A stretch of 63,844 nucleotides of DNA, counting the filler, from Octopus bimaculoides (lineage: Eukaryota), in the NCBI RefSeq assembly GCF_001194135.2. It is 7 parts of 7 records of this genome, joined end to end, with 100 filler letters (N's around TTAATTAATTAA, not from the genome) between each part and the next. Parts side by side here need not be neighbours in the genome. Positions count along the whole stretch, not along the records: positions 3,151 to 34,540 come from NC_069004.1; positions 34,641 to 36,568 come from NC_069000.1; positions 36,669 to 45,135 come from NC_068986.1; 4 more parts are not named here. One strand, written 5' to 3'. Position numbers and translations under genes: made by a program. Within the stretch, counting starts at the first letter, position 1; each line of letters begins with the position of its first letter. Positions 25,568-39,643 of this stretch are shown piece after piece. The notes beneath the pieces were generated by a model, which was not told the DNA's origin, did no database searches, and saw nothing but the letters and a program-made list of their open reading frames with translations.

Positions 25568-26238
25568 GGCGGAAAGCTAGCAGAGTCGTTAGCATGCCGG
25601 GCAAAATGCTGAAACAGCATTTCGTCTGCCTTTATGTTCTGAGTTCAAATTCCGCCGAGGTCGACTTTGCCTTTCATCCTTTCGGAGTCGATGAAATAAG
25701 TACCAGTTGCGTACTGAGGTCGATCTAATCGACTGGCCCTTCCTCCCTGCCAAAAACTTCGGGCCTTGTGCTTAGAGTAGAAAAGATTATTAAAGGCGGC
25801 GAGCTGGCAGAAACCTTAGCACGCCGGGCGAAATGCTTAGCACTATTTCATCTACTGCTACGTTCTGATTTCAAATTTCGCCGAGGCCTACTTTGCCTTT
25901 CATCCTTTCGGGATCGATTAAATGAGTACCAGTTATGCACTGGGGGTCGATATAATCGACTTAATCCGTTTGTCTGTCCTCATTTGTCCCCTCTGTGTGT
26001 AGCCCCTTGTGAGCAATAAAGAAATAAGAAACGTTAGCACGCGCACGCCGGGCGAAATGTTTAGCGGTATTTCGTCTGTCTTTACATTCTGAGTTCAAAT
26101 TCCGCTGAGGTCGACTTTACCTTTCATCCTTTCGGGGTCGACAAATTAAGTACCAGTTGCGTACTGGGGTCGATCTAATCGGCTGGCCCTCCCCCACCAA
26201 AATTTCGGGCCTTGTGCCTAGAGTAGAAACGAATATTA
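25568..26238 (+). mobile_element. Head-to-tail trimer of SINE A
   Basis: Copies at 25568-25791, 25795-26020 (alternative tail) and ~26027-26238 (5' truncated). Confidence 0.85.
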
Positions 26239-26727
26239 TGTCCTTGTTTATTACTATTAAATAAGTGTTAGCNNNNNNNNNNNNNNNNNNNNNNNNNNNN
26301 NNNNNNNNNNNNNNNNNNNNNNNNNNNNNNNNNNNNNNNNNNNNNNNNNNNNNNNNNNNNNNNNNNNNNNNNNNNNNNNNNNNNNNNNNNNNNNNNNNNN
26401 NNNNNNNNNNNNNNNNNNNNNNNNNNNNNNNNNNNNNNNNNNNNNNNNNNNNNNNNNNNNNNNNNNNNNNNNNNNNNNNNNNNNNNNNNNNNNNNNNNNN
26501 NNNNNNNNNNNNNNNNNNNNNNNNNNNNNNNNNNNNNNNNNNNNNNNNNNNNNNNNNNNNNNNNNGCAAAAAGGAAATTAATTGTTTATCCCTGCACATT
26601 GAATAAATGATTGATTAGTTAATGGTTAGATATTTAACCAATTGGCTAACGATGAAGAAGTGATATTGAACCCGTGCGTGTGTTTATGATTATTATTGGC
26701 GTAATGGCCGTCCCAAGACTCAGTAAT

Positions 26728-26791
<64 letters not shown>

Positions 26792-27503
26792 TTATACATG
26801 TATATATCTGTATGTAATTTTCCACCTATCTATACATACAGTAAACACACACATACACACACACACGCACGTACATACATACACGAACACACAAAGGCAG
26901 TTAGCGCAATTTCCGGTCTGTATAAACACTAGCGTCACCACGATTTATGAAAAAAAATGCTACGGCAAACATCAGAATATTCCTTTTTTCTTCTTCCTGA
27001 TCTTTACCCTAGAATTCAGCGGCATTTCATTGTCTGCGAAAATCTTCGACGTCATCTACTGAAAACAAACCACGCTTTTTGACATACTTTTGATCTGCCG
27101 CTTCCTCCATTCTCGTTGCATCACAAATAACTTCATCATAAACTCTTGCCATTTATTTACTTTCCTATCGACCATTTTCGTTCCAATATTAAGATGTATA
27201 CATAACCCTGTTCTTACATAAACATATATCTTCATTGTTTCATACATACATTATTTATATCTAACTTGATCTTCCGTTATAAGTTAAGACTATACATTTC
27301 TGTTTTCTATTCGTCATGATAATAGTAAAAAAACCTTCCTTCAGGCATGTGATTATTTAATAATAAAAAAAACCTATATTTCTAAGTTTTTTTTTTTTTT
27401 GCTACAAAACTCAGTAGAGGATCATCTTCCTAGGCTGTTTATTTGTTTTCCATAAAATGTCAAATCCATGAATGAAAGCATGTTTCACCTATCTATCTAT
27501 CTA

Positions 27504-27737
27504 TCTTATTTTTTTACTGCCCACAAGGGGCTACACACAGAGGAGACAAACAAAGACAGACAAACAGATTAGCTCGATTATATCGACCCCAGTGCGTAAC
27601 TGGTACTTATTTAATCGACCCCGAAAAAATGAAAGGCAAAGTCGACCTCGGCGGAATTTGAACTCAGAACGAAACGACAGACGAAATACCGCTAAGCATT
27701 TCGCCCGGCGTGCTAACGTTTCTCCCAGCTCGCCGCC
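27504..27737 (-). mobile_element. SINE A, alternative-tail subtype
   Basis: Family A head and body with tail ..TGTCTCCTCTGTGTGTAGCCCCTTGTGGGCAG... Confidence 0.85.
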
Positions 27738-28028
27738 TATCCATCCATCCATCCATGAGTATTCAAGTATGTGTATATGAATGCGAGTGTGTATGTATGA
27801 GTGCGTGTGTTTGTGTGTATGCGAGTGAATGTGTGTATATATACGTCAATACTTACACACACATATACATACATACGCACATACAAACATGCTTTACATG
27901 CACACATGGTCACACACGTAACAGCGAAAGGAAAAGCTTGAAGGTTGTTACCTCCAGAGAATATAAGGTACACATACAATATATATGATTTCGCGCGCGC
28001 ACGCACACACAGCATCACACACACAGCA

Positions 28029-28081
<53 letters not shown>

Positions 28082-29055
28082 GACGTACGCATATGCACAC
28101 ATGCAGTTGTTTTTCTACAGCGTTATCCACACAAAGGCTCAACTCAGATTATCACACATGCACACCTACAGTGCACATATACATAAATGCACACACACAC
28201 ACACACAGAGAAACGCGCGCACACACACACAGGCACGCATACAAGTACACACACATATATTCATATAGATTGTCGCATAAACACTCCAAATGTTAACTTC
28301 GTCATTAGTGGTTGTCCAGAAAGGTCATCACGTTTTACCACATCGGAGATATGATATGGCTTATAGAACGTAATCCGTAAGAAGGATAATTCTTTAGGAA
28401 ACGAATATTAGAAGTTAACCTGATGTGGAGATTTCAAACACGCCGAACACGCAAGAAAAGTGTAGAATGGTCTTGACAAGAACTTCAATAGAAACCCAAG
28501 CTCGATAAAACAGGCATATTGATCTAAGACGCAGGTACTTAGGAGCGAACGTGGCTGTGTGGTTAAGAAGTTTGTTTTGCAACCACGCAGTTTGTATATG
28601 TGTGTATGTTTGAGGCATGTGTCTGTGTTTGTCCTCCTCCACCGCTTCACAATCGGTGTTGGCGAGTTTACGAATACGTAATTTAGCAGTCTGGCCAAAG
28701 ATACCAATAGAATAAGTCTCAGACAGTAAAAGAATTAGAACTGTTCAAAGAAGTGCCACAGCGTGGCCGCAGTCCGATACCCGAAACAAATAGGAGTTAA
28801 AAACCGCATTTGTGTTTATATACATATACAACTAGTCCGGAACTTAATCTCTACAATATGTCTAAGTTTTCTTCAAAAACTGTACTATGTGCCTTGAGGG
28901 ACATTTGGTTGTTATATCTAGCAGATCAAGCGACAATTTCGGGACTAGATTATTGAGTTAGTGTCGTTGCTTTTGTTGGTGTTCAGCTTCAGGGCAGCCA
29001 TTACCTAGAAAATGTATTCCTGACGTGGTCATCTCATCATTTTATTTTTCCAGAA

Positions 29056-29399
29056 CAGGGGTTCGCAACCATTTTTTTTATGTGTGGCTCTTCTGATTAC
29101 TATTTTACTCTTGTGGACTCCCATAGCAATTCGATGTTTATAAACTAATTTTATGGAAACCTCTTTCAAGGATCTTGTTTTGTTTTTCGCACATTGACTT
29201 GTGTAGGTTGAACTACGTAAAATGTCAGGGAAAGAATTCCTGCTGTTTCTTTCATTAAATACATCTAAAATAAAATTCTTTTCATGGGCTCTTAATATAT
29301 TATTGTGCGTCCCCGATTTACTATTTTGCTAGTATGGACCCCCACAAAGATCTTATATGGACCATCAGGAGTCATGCGAATCTCTATTGAAAACCACTG
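29056..29399 (+). mobile_element. hAT (Charlie-like) MITE
   Basis: TIRs CAGGGGTTCGCAA / TTGAAAACCACTG; body homologous to the reverse complement of 48536-48871. Confidence 0.7.
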
Positions 29400-30868
29400 C
29401 CCGAGAGCAATATTGTCGTGTTTGATGGACATTTGCCGGTTATTTCTTGAGGTTTTTCTAACAGAGGTGAGCAGAAGGTAGAATTCAATCCTGTTAAGAA
29501 GGTAATATGAGAGCAACTTGTAACTAACATTAAAAGATTGCATTCTTGCTAGAGAGATTTTGTTTCGTAATTTTATTTAACGGTCATCGTATCTTGATTT
29601 CAATTAACGCAATCAAATCCTCATTTCACTTATTGTATCACGACTTAACTTAACGCTTATTATATCATGATTTTATTGAACGCTTTTTCTCCCATGAGAT
29701 GCCACAATAGAACGGAGATGACTAAACAAGTAAAATCAAGAAGGCGCGATGACGAGATGTTAAGAGAAGGTCATTGAATGAAGGTGTTATCAACAAGTAA
29801 TATAATATGCAAAAGGACGATCGTAAATGATTTCTATTTCTAACTACGAATGGAAATGCAATTAGAAATTTCTTGACAGTATAAATTCCCTGAATTATTA
29901 TAAATTGTAAAGATCTGTCTTATAGCTATTTAAATCTACAAGTATTTAGTTAATAAGAGATATTGTCCAAGAAGAATATTTCCAGGTGATAATAGGTAGG
30001 TATCTTCAAAAACCCACTTCATCACTTGAAGGTTAAAATTCCAAATACTATGTATGTAATATCAGTTGTTTAACATACTTAATATCAATTATTAAACGCA
30101 TTTGTATTCATAAATAACTGTAATAAATTTTAACTGGTTTTGAACGAAAACCAATCTAAGTTATTCTAAGTTAACCTAAACTTTATCATACATATTTTCT
30201 TTGTTATATATTGTTAATGAAATCCATATTTGTCATATCCCTAACTTTATCCTTTATATTATACACGACTTGAGCTGCGGAACAAACACTCTGGAAATCG
30301 AGACGATTTCGGTATCTTCCAACAGTTTTGAAGTCTTTAGCGGTGCCAAAGTAGCACTGTTATTGACAGAAGATATCCAAGTGTTTATCTCTAGAAATTT
30401 TCTGTGTTCTCCACTCGTTATTCATGCAGCTTCTACACTAAATCAAGTACAACTGTAACTATTTTAACGTTGCTATTCTCTGAGGATTTGCTATTTGGTC
30501 GCAGCTATGCTGTTTTTCTCGCATACATTTGCCACGTGCGTGATTAAACATATTCCAGTTCTCTTTCCCGTTCACGAATGATTTAGGTATATGGCTAGCA
30601 GCTTTTGAAAGGAGTGATAACTATTAGAATTAGTGAGATAGATAGACACACAGAGAGAGATGGGGGGGAGAGTGGATCAATTTGTTCCAGTAAACCCTTC
30701 AATGAGGAACTCTACCACACTACACCACACCCCATACCACTAAACCACACCACACAACCAACACTACTCCACACACACTAGCACTGACCACTTCTCAGCA
30801 CCCACACCATCATCCACACACCCACACGCACACACTCACACACGTCAGAGTCAATAGCTCCTATTCAC

Positions 30869-30905
<37 letters not shown>

Positions 30906-30908
30906 TAC

Positions 30909-30985
<77 letters not shown>

Positions 30986-30988
<3 letters not shown>

Positions 30989-31213
30989 GAGGGGTGCTGA
31001 AAAGTTTCTGGCTTTGAGTAAAAGAAAATACAGGAGTATCAGTCAGTTACTTATGATTGTATTTAACGTATTCCCTTTTCAGATTCATACACTTATTGCA
31101 GTGGACTTTCAGTTTTTCTAAGCCCTGTTAAAAAAAAACTCAGAAGGTTGGGCCTCCATCCAGGCCTTTCGCGATACCCTTAAAGCCAGGAACTTTTCAG
31201 CACCCCCCTCGTA
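30986..31213. mobile_element. Mariner-type MITE
   Basis: TACGAGGGGTGCTGAAAAGTTTCTGGCTTT / AAAGCCAGGAACTTTTCAGCACCCCCCTCGTA; TA ends, inserted in (TA)n. Confidence 0.85.
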
Positions 31214-32021
31214 TATACACGCACACATAAACGTGTGTTTGTGCGTGAATGTACATAGATTGATACATAGAAACACGGATTTATATATATAATAGATGAC
31301 CCTTTGTCAGACGCGTCCTACTGTGGGATTATATCCAGAGGCGAATGTCTTTATCGTTTAACTGCGTGTAATCATTATTTTATCGTTTTCCTATCACGAT
31401 AGCATTCAAACAACCAACGCATTGCAGTAATATCTGGTTAATTTTGATTTTTCCCTAGAAACGACTGAAATTATATTTACAAGCAAGGAAACGTATATAT
31501 CATATATATTCATGTATTCCGATATTCACAATTTCATGCTCGTTACTGCAAACGTATTTGCTGTGTTGAATAACAACAGCAGCGCATAATTTACAGAGAA
31601 ATTATTTAACAAGTCCTATAAAAATAAATATTAACTGAACTGTCATTTGAAAGGCGTACACGAACTCTAAAGGCATAGATAACATAGTGTGAGTTTATGG
31701 CTTCTGTGTCTCTAACGAGTTCTCTTCGCTATCATTGATAGTTTCCTATGGGGATACAATGTTAGGTTATAACACGATTTAAAATATATTGTTTCCACAA
31801 TTCATAGATTTATACATGCCATGTCATTGTAAATATATGTGCTATGCTGCAATCACAATTTTGTATAGAAATGTGCTGGCATCTTACGCTTCCTAGAATA
31901 TGCATATGTGAAATTTAAAAACGAGGTAAATAGGTCCTTCGTCAGTTTCGTAGATGAATATTGTAGTAATTCGATTAAACGAAATACCTTCTCGTTGAAT
32001 CATTTTTAATAAAAATTTTAT

Positions 32022-32368
32022 CATCTTTTATTTGTTTCAGTCATTGAGCTGCGACCATGTCGTGGGGACCGCTTCGATGAGTTTAGTGGGACAAATCGAT
32101 CCCCCCTCCCACCCACCAGGACTTAGATTTTAAAACCTAGTACTTATTCTATTGATCTCGTTCCTTCCGAAGCGTAATGTTATGGGGACACAAACAAACC
32201 AGCACCGGTTGTCAAGCGGTGTTGGGGGACAAACAAGAACGCACACACACACATGTATACGAAGGCTTCTTTCAGTTTCCGTCTTACAAATCCACACATA
32301 AGCCCGGGGTTTTAGTAGAAGATATTTTCCCAAGGTGCTACGTAGTGGTACTGAACCGGGAACTTTGT
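32022..32368 (-). mobile_element. SINE B, 5' truncated
   Basis: Both arms recognisable, (CA)n spacer. Confidence 0.75.
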
Positions 32369-32560
32369 AGAAAGCTATGTATTCACATCTTGTAGCTGTT
32401 ACTGTGAGGGTCCAACCGAACAAAAAAAAAACCAAGAAGAAAAGAAAAGAATCAAAGATGTCCATAGCTAAAAGAAAAAAAATGGTTAAGAATCGCTGAT
32501 CTCCATTATCCAGTGTGTTTTCTCAACCGTTCCTAACCGGAAATATATTTTCTATCTATT

Positions 32561-32794
32561 TCTTGTTTGTTTATTGCCCACAAGGGGCTAAATATAGAGG
32601 GGACAAAGAAGGACAGACAAAGGGATTAAGTCGATTACATCGACCCCAGTGCGTAACAGGTACTTAATTTATCGACCTCGAAAGGATGAAAGGCAAAGTC
32701 GACCTCGACGGAATTTGAACTCAGAACGTAACGGCAGATGAAATCCTGCTAAGCATTTCGCCCGGCGTGCTAAGGATTCTACCAGCTCGCCGCC
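32561..32794 (-). mobile_element. SINE A, alternative-tail subtype
   Basis: Same organisation as 27504-27737. Confidence 0.85.
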
Positions 32795-33746
32795 TAAATC
32801 GATTTCTTATCTATTTCTAGCAGATAAGGTGACTCTTATAGAACCACTCCTGATGTGTAGATACTGCTATTACCTCGTTTGAGCAAAATGGTGTCGTCTT
32901 TCATAAAACAATACTTAGATACGTATTGTTTGTGGTAATGTAATTGATCAAGGCAATCCTGTTTTCCGTTTTTGATCACCTGTTTAAAACTACTGGATAT
33001 TTTAATCGCTATATTCATGCTTCAGGCCATTTCATTTCCTGGCTTTGTTATTCTACAAGATTTGTTCTACAGTATATATTAGTTTCTTTTTAGTTTTATA
33101 CTCAGTTCTTTATTCTTTATTCTTATTCACCACGATTTATTCTGATAGGTTTACTGCTCGATTAAAAGTGGTTTTGTTTATCGCTGATATTTTTTTTTTT
33201 TTTGCTTTTGTTGGAAGATATATGAGATATTGGATTGTATTTAATGGAACTTTGTCTAAGAGTAAATGGTAAATTGCATGTTACATGTTTTCGTTTTCAA
33301 ACCAAACAATGTAAGACAAAAAAAAAAATATGCAGAGATATTGATAGAAGAAAAAAGGAAGAAAAAACATGATCACCTGGTAGATCTCGTATCTATGTCT
33401 TTATTTCCAGGCCTAACAAAATAACAATAACATCGTTAGCAAAAAAGAGAACTTCTAAATTATGCAGTCGCTTGACCTGCGAGAAATAGCAGCAAAATAC
33501 ACACACACACACACATGTATACGACAGGCTTCTTTCATTTTTAGAAATAATACATTTCGATATCTCTCAGAGAGATTTATGCAGTAGTGATACGATGAAG
33601 TAGTTGCATGCTGTCAACGTAATGTGACAGTCCCCTGAAAGGAATAATACTGCTGTTGGTTAGACCTTGGAAGCGGTGTAGCTTCCTAGGTCTAACCAAC
33701 AGTAGTATTATAAGCCCTAAAATTCACTTCATAATTGCCCATGGGC

Positions 33747-33965
33747 ATATGCTGTAGTGGTTAAGAGTGCGAGTTGCTAACCCCAAGATTCCGAGTTCGG
33801 TTCCAGGTAGTGACCTGAATAATAATATGGAAAAATATCTTAGGAATGAGAACCCAGGTTCGAAATTTCCCCAGGACGTCTGAAAAAGGCTGGAGAGTAT
33901 ATCAGCCGAAAAGTTGTGTTAACAACAAACAAGATGAAGATAAATGTAAATAATATTTCCGTTAT
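33747..33965 (+). mobile_element. SINE family D, second copy
   Basis: Colinear with the reverse complement of 15541-15798; shorter (AAT)n. Confidence 0.8.
33875..33920 (+). ncRNA. Decayed hammerhead-like motif in second SINE D copy
   Basis: GACGT CTGAAAA A GGCTG[GAGAGTATAT]CAGCC GAAA AG TT GTGTT; homologous to 15594-15639. Confidence 0.45.
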
Positions 33966-34640
33966 AATTAAAACACTATACGTTTTCGTGTGTCTTCTGC
34001 GTAAGAACTGAGTTTATTTCGTACATCTTTTGAGCGTAATTTTTGAGGACTGGCGTGAAACATTGATGACTATATTTATCTATGTTGATGACGTGCAAGA
34101 AGAAAACAAACCTTTGGCCAAAAGACACCAGCAACCTTAATTTTTTTCTTTTTTTAAACCGTCTTAAAAGAGACTCCAAACTTTAGGTCTTTAGGAAGTT
34201 ATCTGTGTATGAATATTTTTGATAAAAACTTTACTTCGTTTCGTAAAATACTTTATTCCGGAGGAAATTGTAAACGATAGTTAGTTCATCTGCATTCAAC
34301 AGAATTAATAATAATGGTAATAACAATAATAATAATAATAATAGTGATGATGATAGCGATGATGATGATGATGATGATAATGATAATAATGGTATTGGTA
34401 ATAGTAATAATAATAACAATATTAATAATAAAAATAAAAGTCTGCTTTTAATGGCAGCAATAATCCTGTCACAATATAAGATCAAATCAGTGGACAGAGA
34501 TGTGTGTATGTGTGAGTATCTCTCTCTCTCTCTCTCTATANNNNNNNNNNNNNNNNNNNNNNNNNNNNNNNNNNNNNNNNNNNNTTAATTAATTAANNNN
34601 NNNNNNNNNNNNNNNNNNNNNNNNNNNNNNNNNNNNNNNN

Positions 34641-34696
<56 letters not shown>

Positions 34697-35322
34697 GCAT
34701 ACACACACATATATGTATATATATATGAGCATGTTTGTATGTGTGCATATATATGTATGCATATATGGGCGCGTGTATATGTATATATGCATGTATGTAT
34801 ATATGTAAAATAAGATAAAAATTTCATAATAATAGTTTATATTATCTGATCTTAATTTAATTAATCCAGACACATTGTAATCAATTTAGAAACAAAATGC
34901 CTTTAGTGTTCCAACACATTTCCAACTTGCATCAACTACTTACATATATGTATATACACTCGCACACATATACGTATAATTACATGTTTATATATATATA
35001 CATATGGGTGCGTATATATTTATATATAGTATATATGAAATACTACGTATACCTTCACAACCACTCACGAACACACACATACGCACACACATGCACACAC
35101 GCATATGTATATGCAGGTATTTATATATATATAAGTAAGCATATTGCTACATACATGTATATACATATATAATATATATGATTACCTACACTCGCAACAC
35201 ACCAACCATACACACATGCATACATGCATATATATATATATGTGTATACACATCCTTACATATTTACATATACGCAGACATGCTCATGTTTAAACACCCT
35301 GATACTATAACAATGTACAGTA

Positions 35323-35356
<34 letters not shown>

Positions 35357-35779
35357 NNNNNNNNNNNNNNNNNNNNNNNNNNNNNNNNNNNNNNNNNNNN
35401 NNNNNNNNNNNNNNNNNNNNNNNNNNNNNNNNNNNNNNNNNNNNNNNNNNNNNNNNNNNNNNNNNNNNNNNNNNNNNNNNNNNNNNNNNNNNNNNNNNNN
35501 NNNNNNNNNNNNNNNATGGCGGTGGTAGTGGTGGTGGTGGTGGTGGTGGTGGTAGTGGGGTGAATGATCAAACGTGATAGGAAATATAGTAAATTGAATT
35601 ATTGAAATTTACAACTTGATAATTCCTCCTACCGAAAATTGAATTAATATTTATCGATTACTCAATTTACAAACAACGAAACAAAGTTCACTCTACCATG
35701 TAAACAAGTCTGGATACTAATGAGAAATATATACATGTATATGTGTATATGTATATGTATATATATATACATAGATATA

Positions 35780-35814
<35 letters not shown>

Positions 35815-36689
35815 TTAAAATAGATAGTAGGTGGATAAACATAGAAATATACCTACATACATTCATATGGATATATACATACATATATATACATACATGG
35901 AGATACACTCTCATATATGTAAACATATATACATGCCTATATTTTGACATCTATGCGGATCAAAGTTCAGAAGAAGAAAAGTAAAAGATGCTGATTCAGA
36001 TAACAAGATAAAGATATAAGAACAAAGATTTAACTAGTGGAGCCTCGTGAAGAGTAAAGTTGAGAAAAACAAGAGAAAAAGGGGAAAAAAATAGAAAACA
36101 ACATTGTTCCGGCGGGAAGTGCTTATATATTTTACTTTTCTTTTTTAGGAATCGAGTATTTAAGATTTTGTTTCCAAATTAATCTCTTAATTACACTATC
36201 TATTTATAAATGTTAAACAATTATCGGTTTCTAATTATCTTTAGCTACAAGAAATGATATTTTACTTGAAACAGGAATTTTATTTTGTGAGTAATAATTC
36301 ACGACATATTTCAAAGCTTTACAATGGCTTGGAGGGGATGAACTGTTTTTCTTTGTGGCTACATATTTAGTTGGAATATTCGTAATCCTTTTCTCAAAGA
36401 AGTTGCGATGTTTAAAATTCTATTAATTTACAATTATTCTCACGAAGCTTTTATACGTATACTGTGTAACGACTGTTTCTATTAACAGTAATTTTGTTTC
36501 TTCGATTTATCTAAAAGCAATATATTTTTATCTTCTCTTGCGAAATTCTGCGCGACTATATACATATANNNNNNNNNNNNNNNNNNNNNNNNNNNNNNNN
36601 NNNNNNNNNNNNTTAATTAATTAANNNNNNNNNNNNNNNNNNNNNNNNNNNNNNNNNNNNNNNNNNNNTATATATATTCGTATATATAT

Positions 36690-37701
36690 ATATTGATCAT
36701 AGAAAAAACATCAAACTCGAGTCAACGACTTTATATATCACACCCGACCTCAAACATTTAATTATATATAAATATTACCATGGTTCTTATACATATAAAA
36801 AATATACATATACATAAAATAAAAACACAGAAGGTAAAAAATATATATGCGAATAAAATACAAATTTAGAACGGCCTATCAAAAAGATAAATATAAACGA
36901 CAAAAAGATTCATAAGAATTCTAAAGCGTGTCATGCTACCAAAAAACTAATAAACTAAGATAAAATAAAATAAGTGACTAAAAACATTTTAAAAAGTTAT
37001 TTTACTCCCCTCACACAAAAGTACGTGCACAAAAGTTAGATTTCCAAAACCATGGTAGGTTAGACTCCATGATCAAACAGAGTTCCATAAGATCAATTCA
37101 AACACATCTAAGATCATTTAAGGAGTTCACTACCGCGGTTTGATTACATTATAGTGCATCATGACAATGACTTTTTAGTTTTACTCTGTGAGTGTTCTCT
37201 GTTTCCTGTTCGTACTGATGAGGGAGTCAGCGACATGATGCACTCTAATGTAATCAAACTGCGGTAGTGAGCTACCGAAATGACCATAGATGTGTTTGAA
37301 TTGAACTTGTGGGACTCTGTTTCCTCATGGACTCTAGCAGATCATTGTTTTAAAAATTGAACTTTTATGTACATACTTTTGTGTGAAGGGAGTAAAATAA
37401 CTTTTTAAAATATTTTTAGTCGTTTATTTTATTTTATCTTTGTTTATTTGTTTTTTGGTAGCATGACACGCTTTAGAATTTTTATGAATTTCTTTGTTGC
37501 TTATATTTATCATTTTGATAGGCCGTTCTATATTTGTATTTTATTCGCATATATATTTTTACCTTCTGTGTTTTTACGTATATGTATATTTTTTATATGT
37601 TTAAGAAGCATGGTAATATTTATATATGATTAAATGTTTGAGGTCTGGTGTTATATATGAAGTCGTTGACTCGAATTTGATGTTGATTTTATGATCAATA
37701 T
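36690..37701. repeat. ~1 kb foldback palindrome (two ~470-bp inverted arms, 70-bp spacer)
   Basis: 36690-37163 is the reverse complement of 37234-37701, roughly 85-90% identical by eye; ends ATTGATCATA / ATGATCAATA. Confidence 0.9.
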
Positions 37702-38530
37702 TTCTTTCTTTGTCTCATTTACACTTGAGCACTTCTTTTTTGCAGTCCTATAAACCTGTTTGTTTCCATGAAAAGAGACAAATATTATTTCTTGTCATAT
37801 ATATATATATATCATTGTCTCTGGGAAGAGTCATCCTCTTTGAGTGCCTTATTATTTAACACACTCACCGGTTCTATTTCCACTCATTTACTTATTTATT
37901 TTGTCTAAAATTTTCGTTGCGTCTTGCAACCTTTTTAATACTCGTTGATTTTGCGCATTATTGGAACTGCGTTCTTTTGTTTGTTTGTTTGTTTGTGAGC
38001 ATACGTGTACGTCAGTGTGCGTGCGCATATACATATATGTATGTATGTATGTATATATGTATGTGTGTATGTATGTCCGTATATGTGTGTATGCATGCAT
38101 GTATGTGCATGTGTGTATGAATATATATACGTATGCAAGTGTGTACGTTTGTATGTATGTATTCTGCATATCCATGTGCTTATGTGTTTATGTTTGTGTT
38201 TGTGTGTTTGCGTGTGTTCAGCTTGTGTGCTTATATCTGTGTGTGTATTTGTATGTGTGAGTGTGTGTACATCTCTCTCCATGTGTGTGCATGTTTGGGT
38301 GTGTTTGTGGACCATGTATGTGTGTCTGTTATGTATGGATGTGTATCTCCATATATTTTCTTGTGTGAAGTGAGCATGTGTCTATACGGACATGTGTTTC
38401 AGTCTTCATTTGTATGTATGTATGTATGTATGTATGTATGCAGGTGTGTGTATGTGTGTGCCCGTCTGTCCGTATAACCTATGTACCTGTCTAGTTAACT
38501 ATCTACCTGTCCATATACGGATCCAGTTAC

Positions 38531-38643
<113 letters not shown>

Positions 38644-39643
38644 TTTATACATATATAGATAGATAGATATACATACATACATACATATACACACACATGA
38701 CTGCATAACAGCCCATTAACTACAGTATCTGTGTATATATAAACTGTAGGTATTGAGGTATGACGCGTATGTATATTTCCTATTTAGTACTCGGGATGTT
38801 CCATTAATGCGGACATACTCTTGTAATTGTCTGTGTGTTGGGTGCTTCGGGTGCTTATAAGAATGTATGTAGTATGCATGTTTGTCCGTCTCTTATTTTC
38901 CTCATTTCATTAGTGAAATTTCTTCCCTATATATTTGTACAGAATGTAATTGGCTCTTAGCCTATACATGAAGATCAAAATATAAAACAATACTCTGATG
39001 TGTAAGGGTTACTCATTAAATGAAAGAATACGGATGGAGGGAATTTTACCATAACACTGTAAAATGTAAGCATCATTCGCCAGGCATAGTTATAAAGTTC
39101 CCAGTGGATGATAGCATAAAAGAAAAAATAATGCAAATATTTCGAACGGCTTAACGAAGACAATCTACGGCTACACGACTACGGATACTCTACGAAGGAA
39201 TATAACCTCTAGCTGTGGTTATTGAAGCTGTTCATAATAGAACTGCCTCAGTAATACTCTTGAGAAGCCGAAATTCACGAAGTCAGTAAGAAGGTGGTTA
39301 ATTAGAAACATACATTATTTATTAGAAATAAACAAGGTCTTGATAAAACTGAAAATAGCAAAAAAATACATGATGTTTAGCTTGTGGTATGTACGGATAT
39401 ATACAAATATAAACATGCAAATTCACACACATGGAAATATATACTTACAAATAAACACAAATCTAAACATATACACACATACACACACACACACTCAAGT
39501 CAAACTGTGTTTACGGTTATAATAAAAATATATACACAGATACATTCGTGGGAAGATACATAAATATATAAAATGCAGTTTATAATAAAATACACATATG
39601 AAATCTCTCTATGCTTGCGTCCATGTTATTACATGTGTATATA

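Noticed and set aside
31905-31950. Minus-strand CTGACGA with AGG/CCT stem
   Set aside because: GAAA is absent.
37210-37280. CTGATGAG in the foldback spacer
   Set aside because: No properly placed GAAA or stem III; not a hammerhead.
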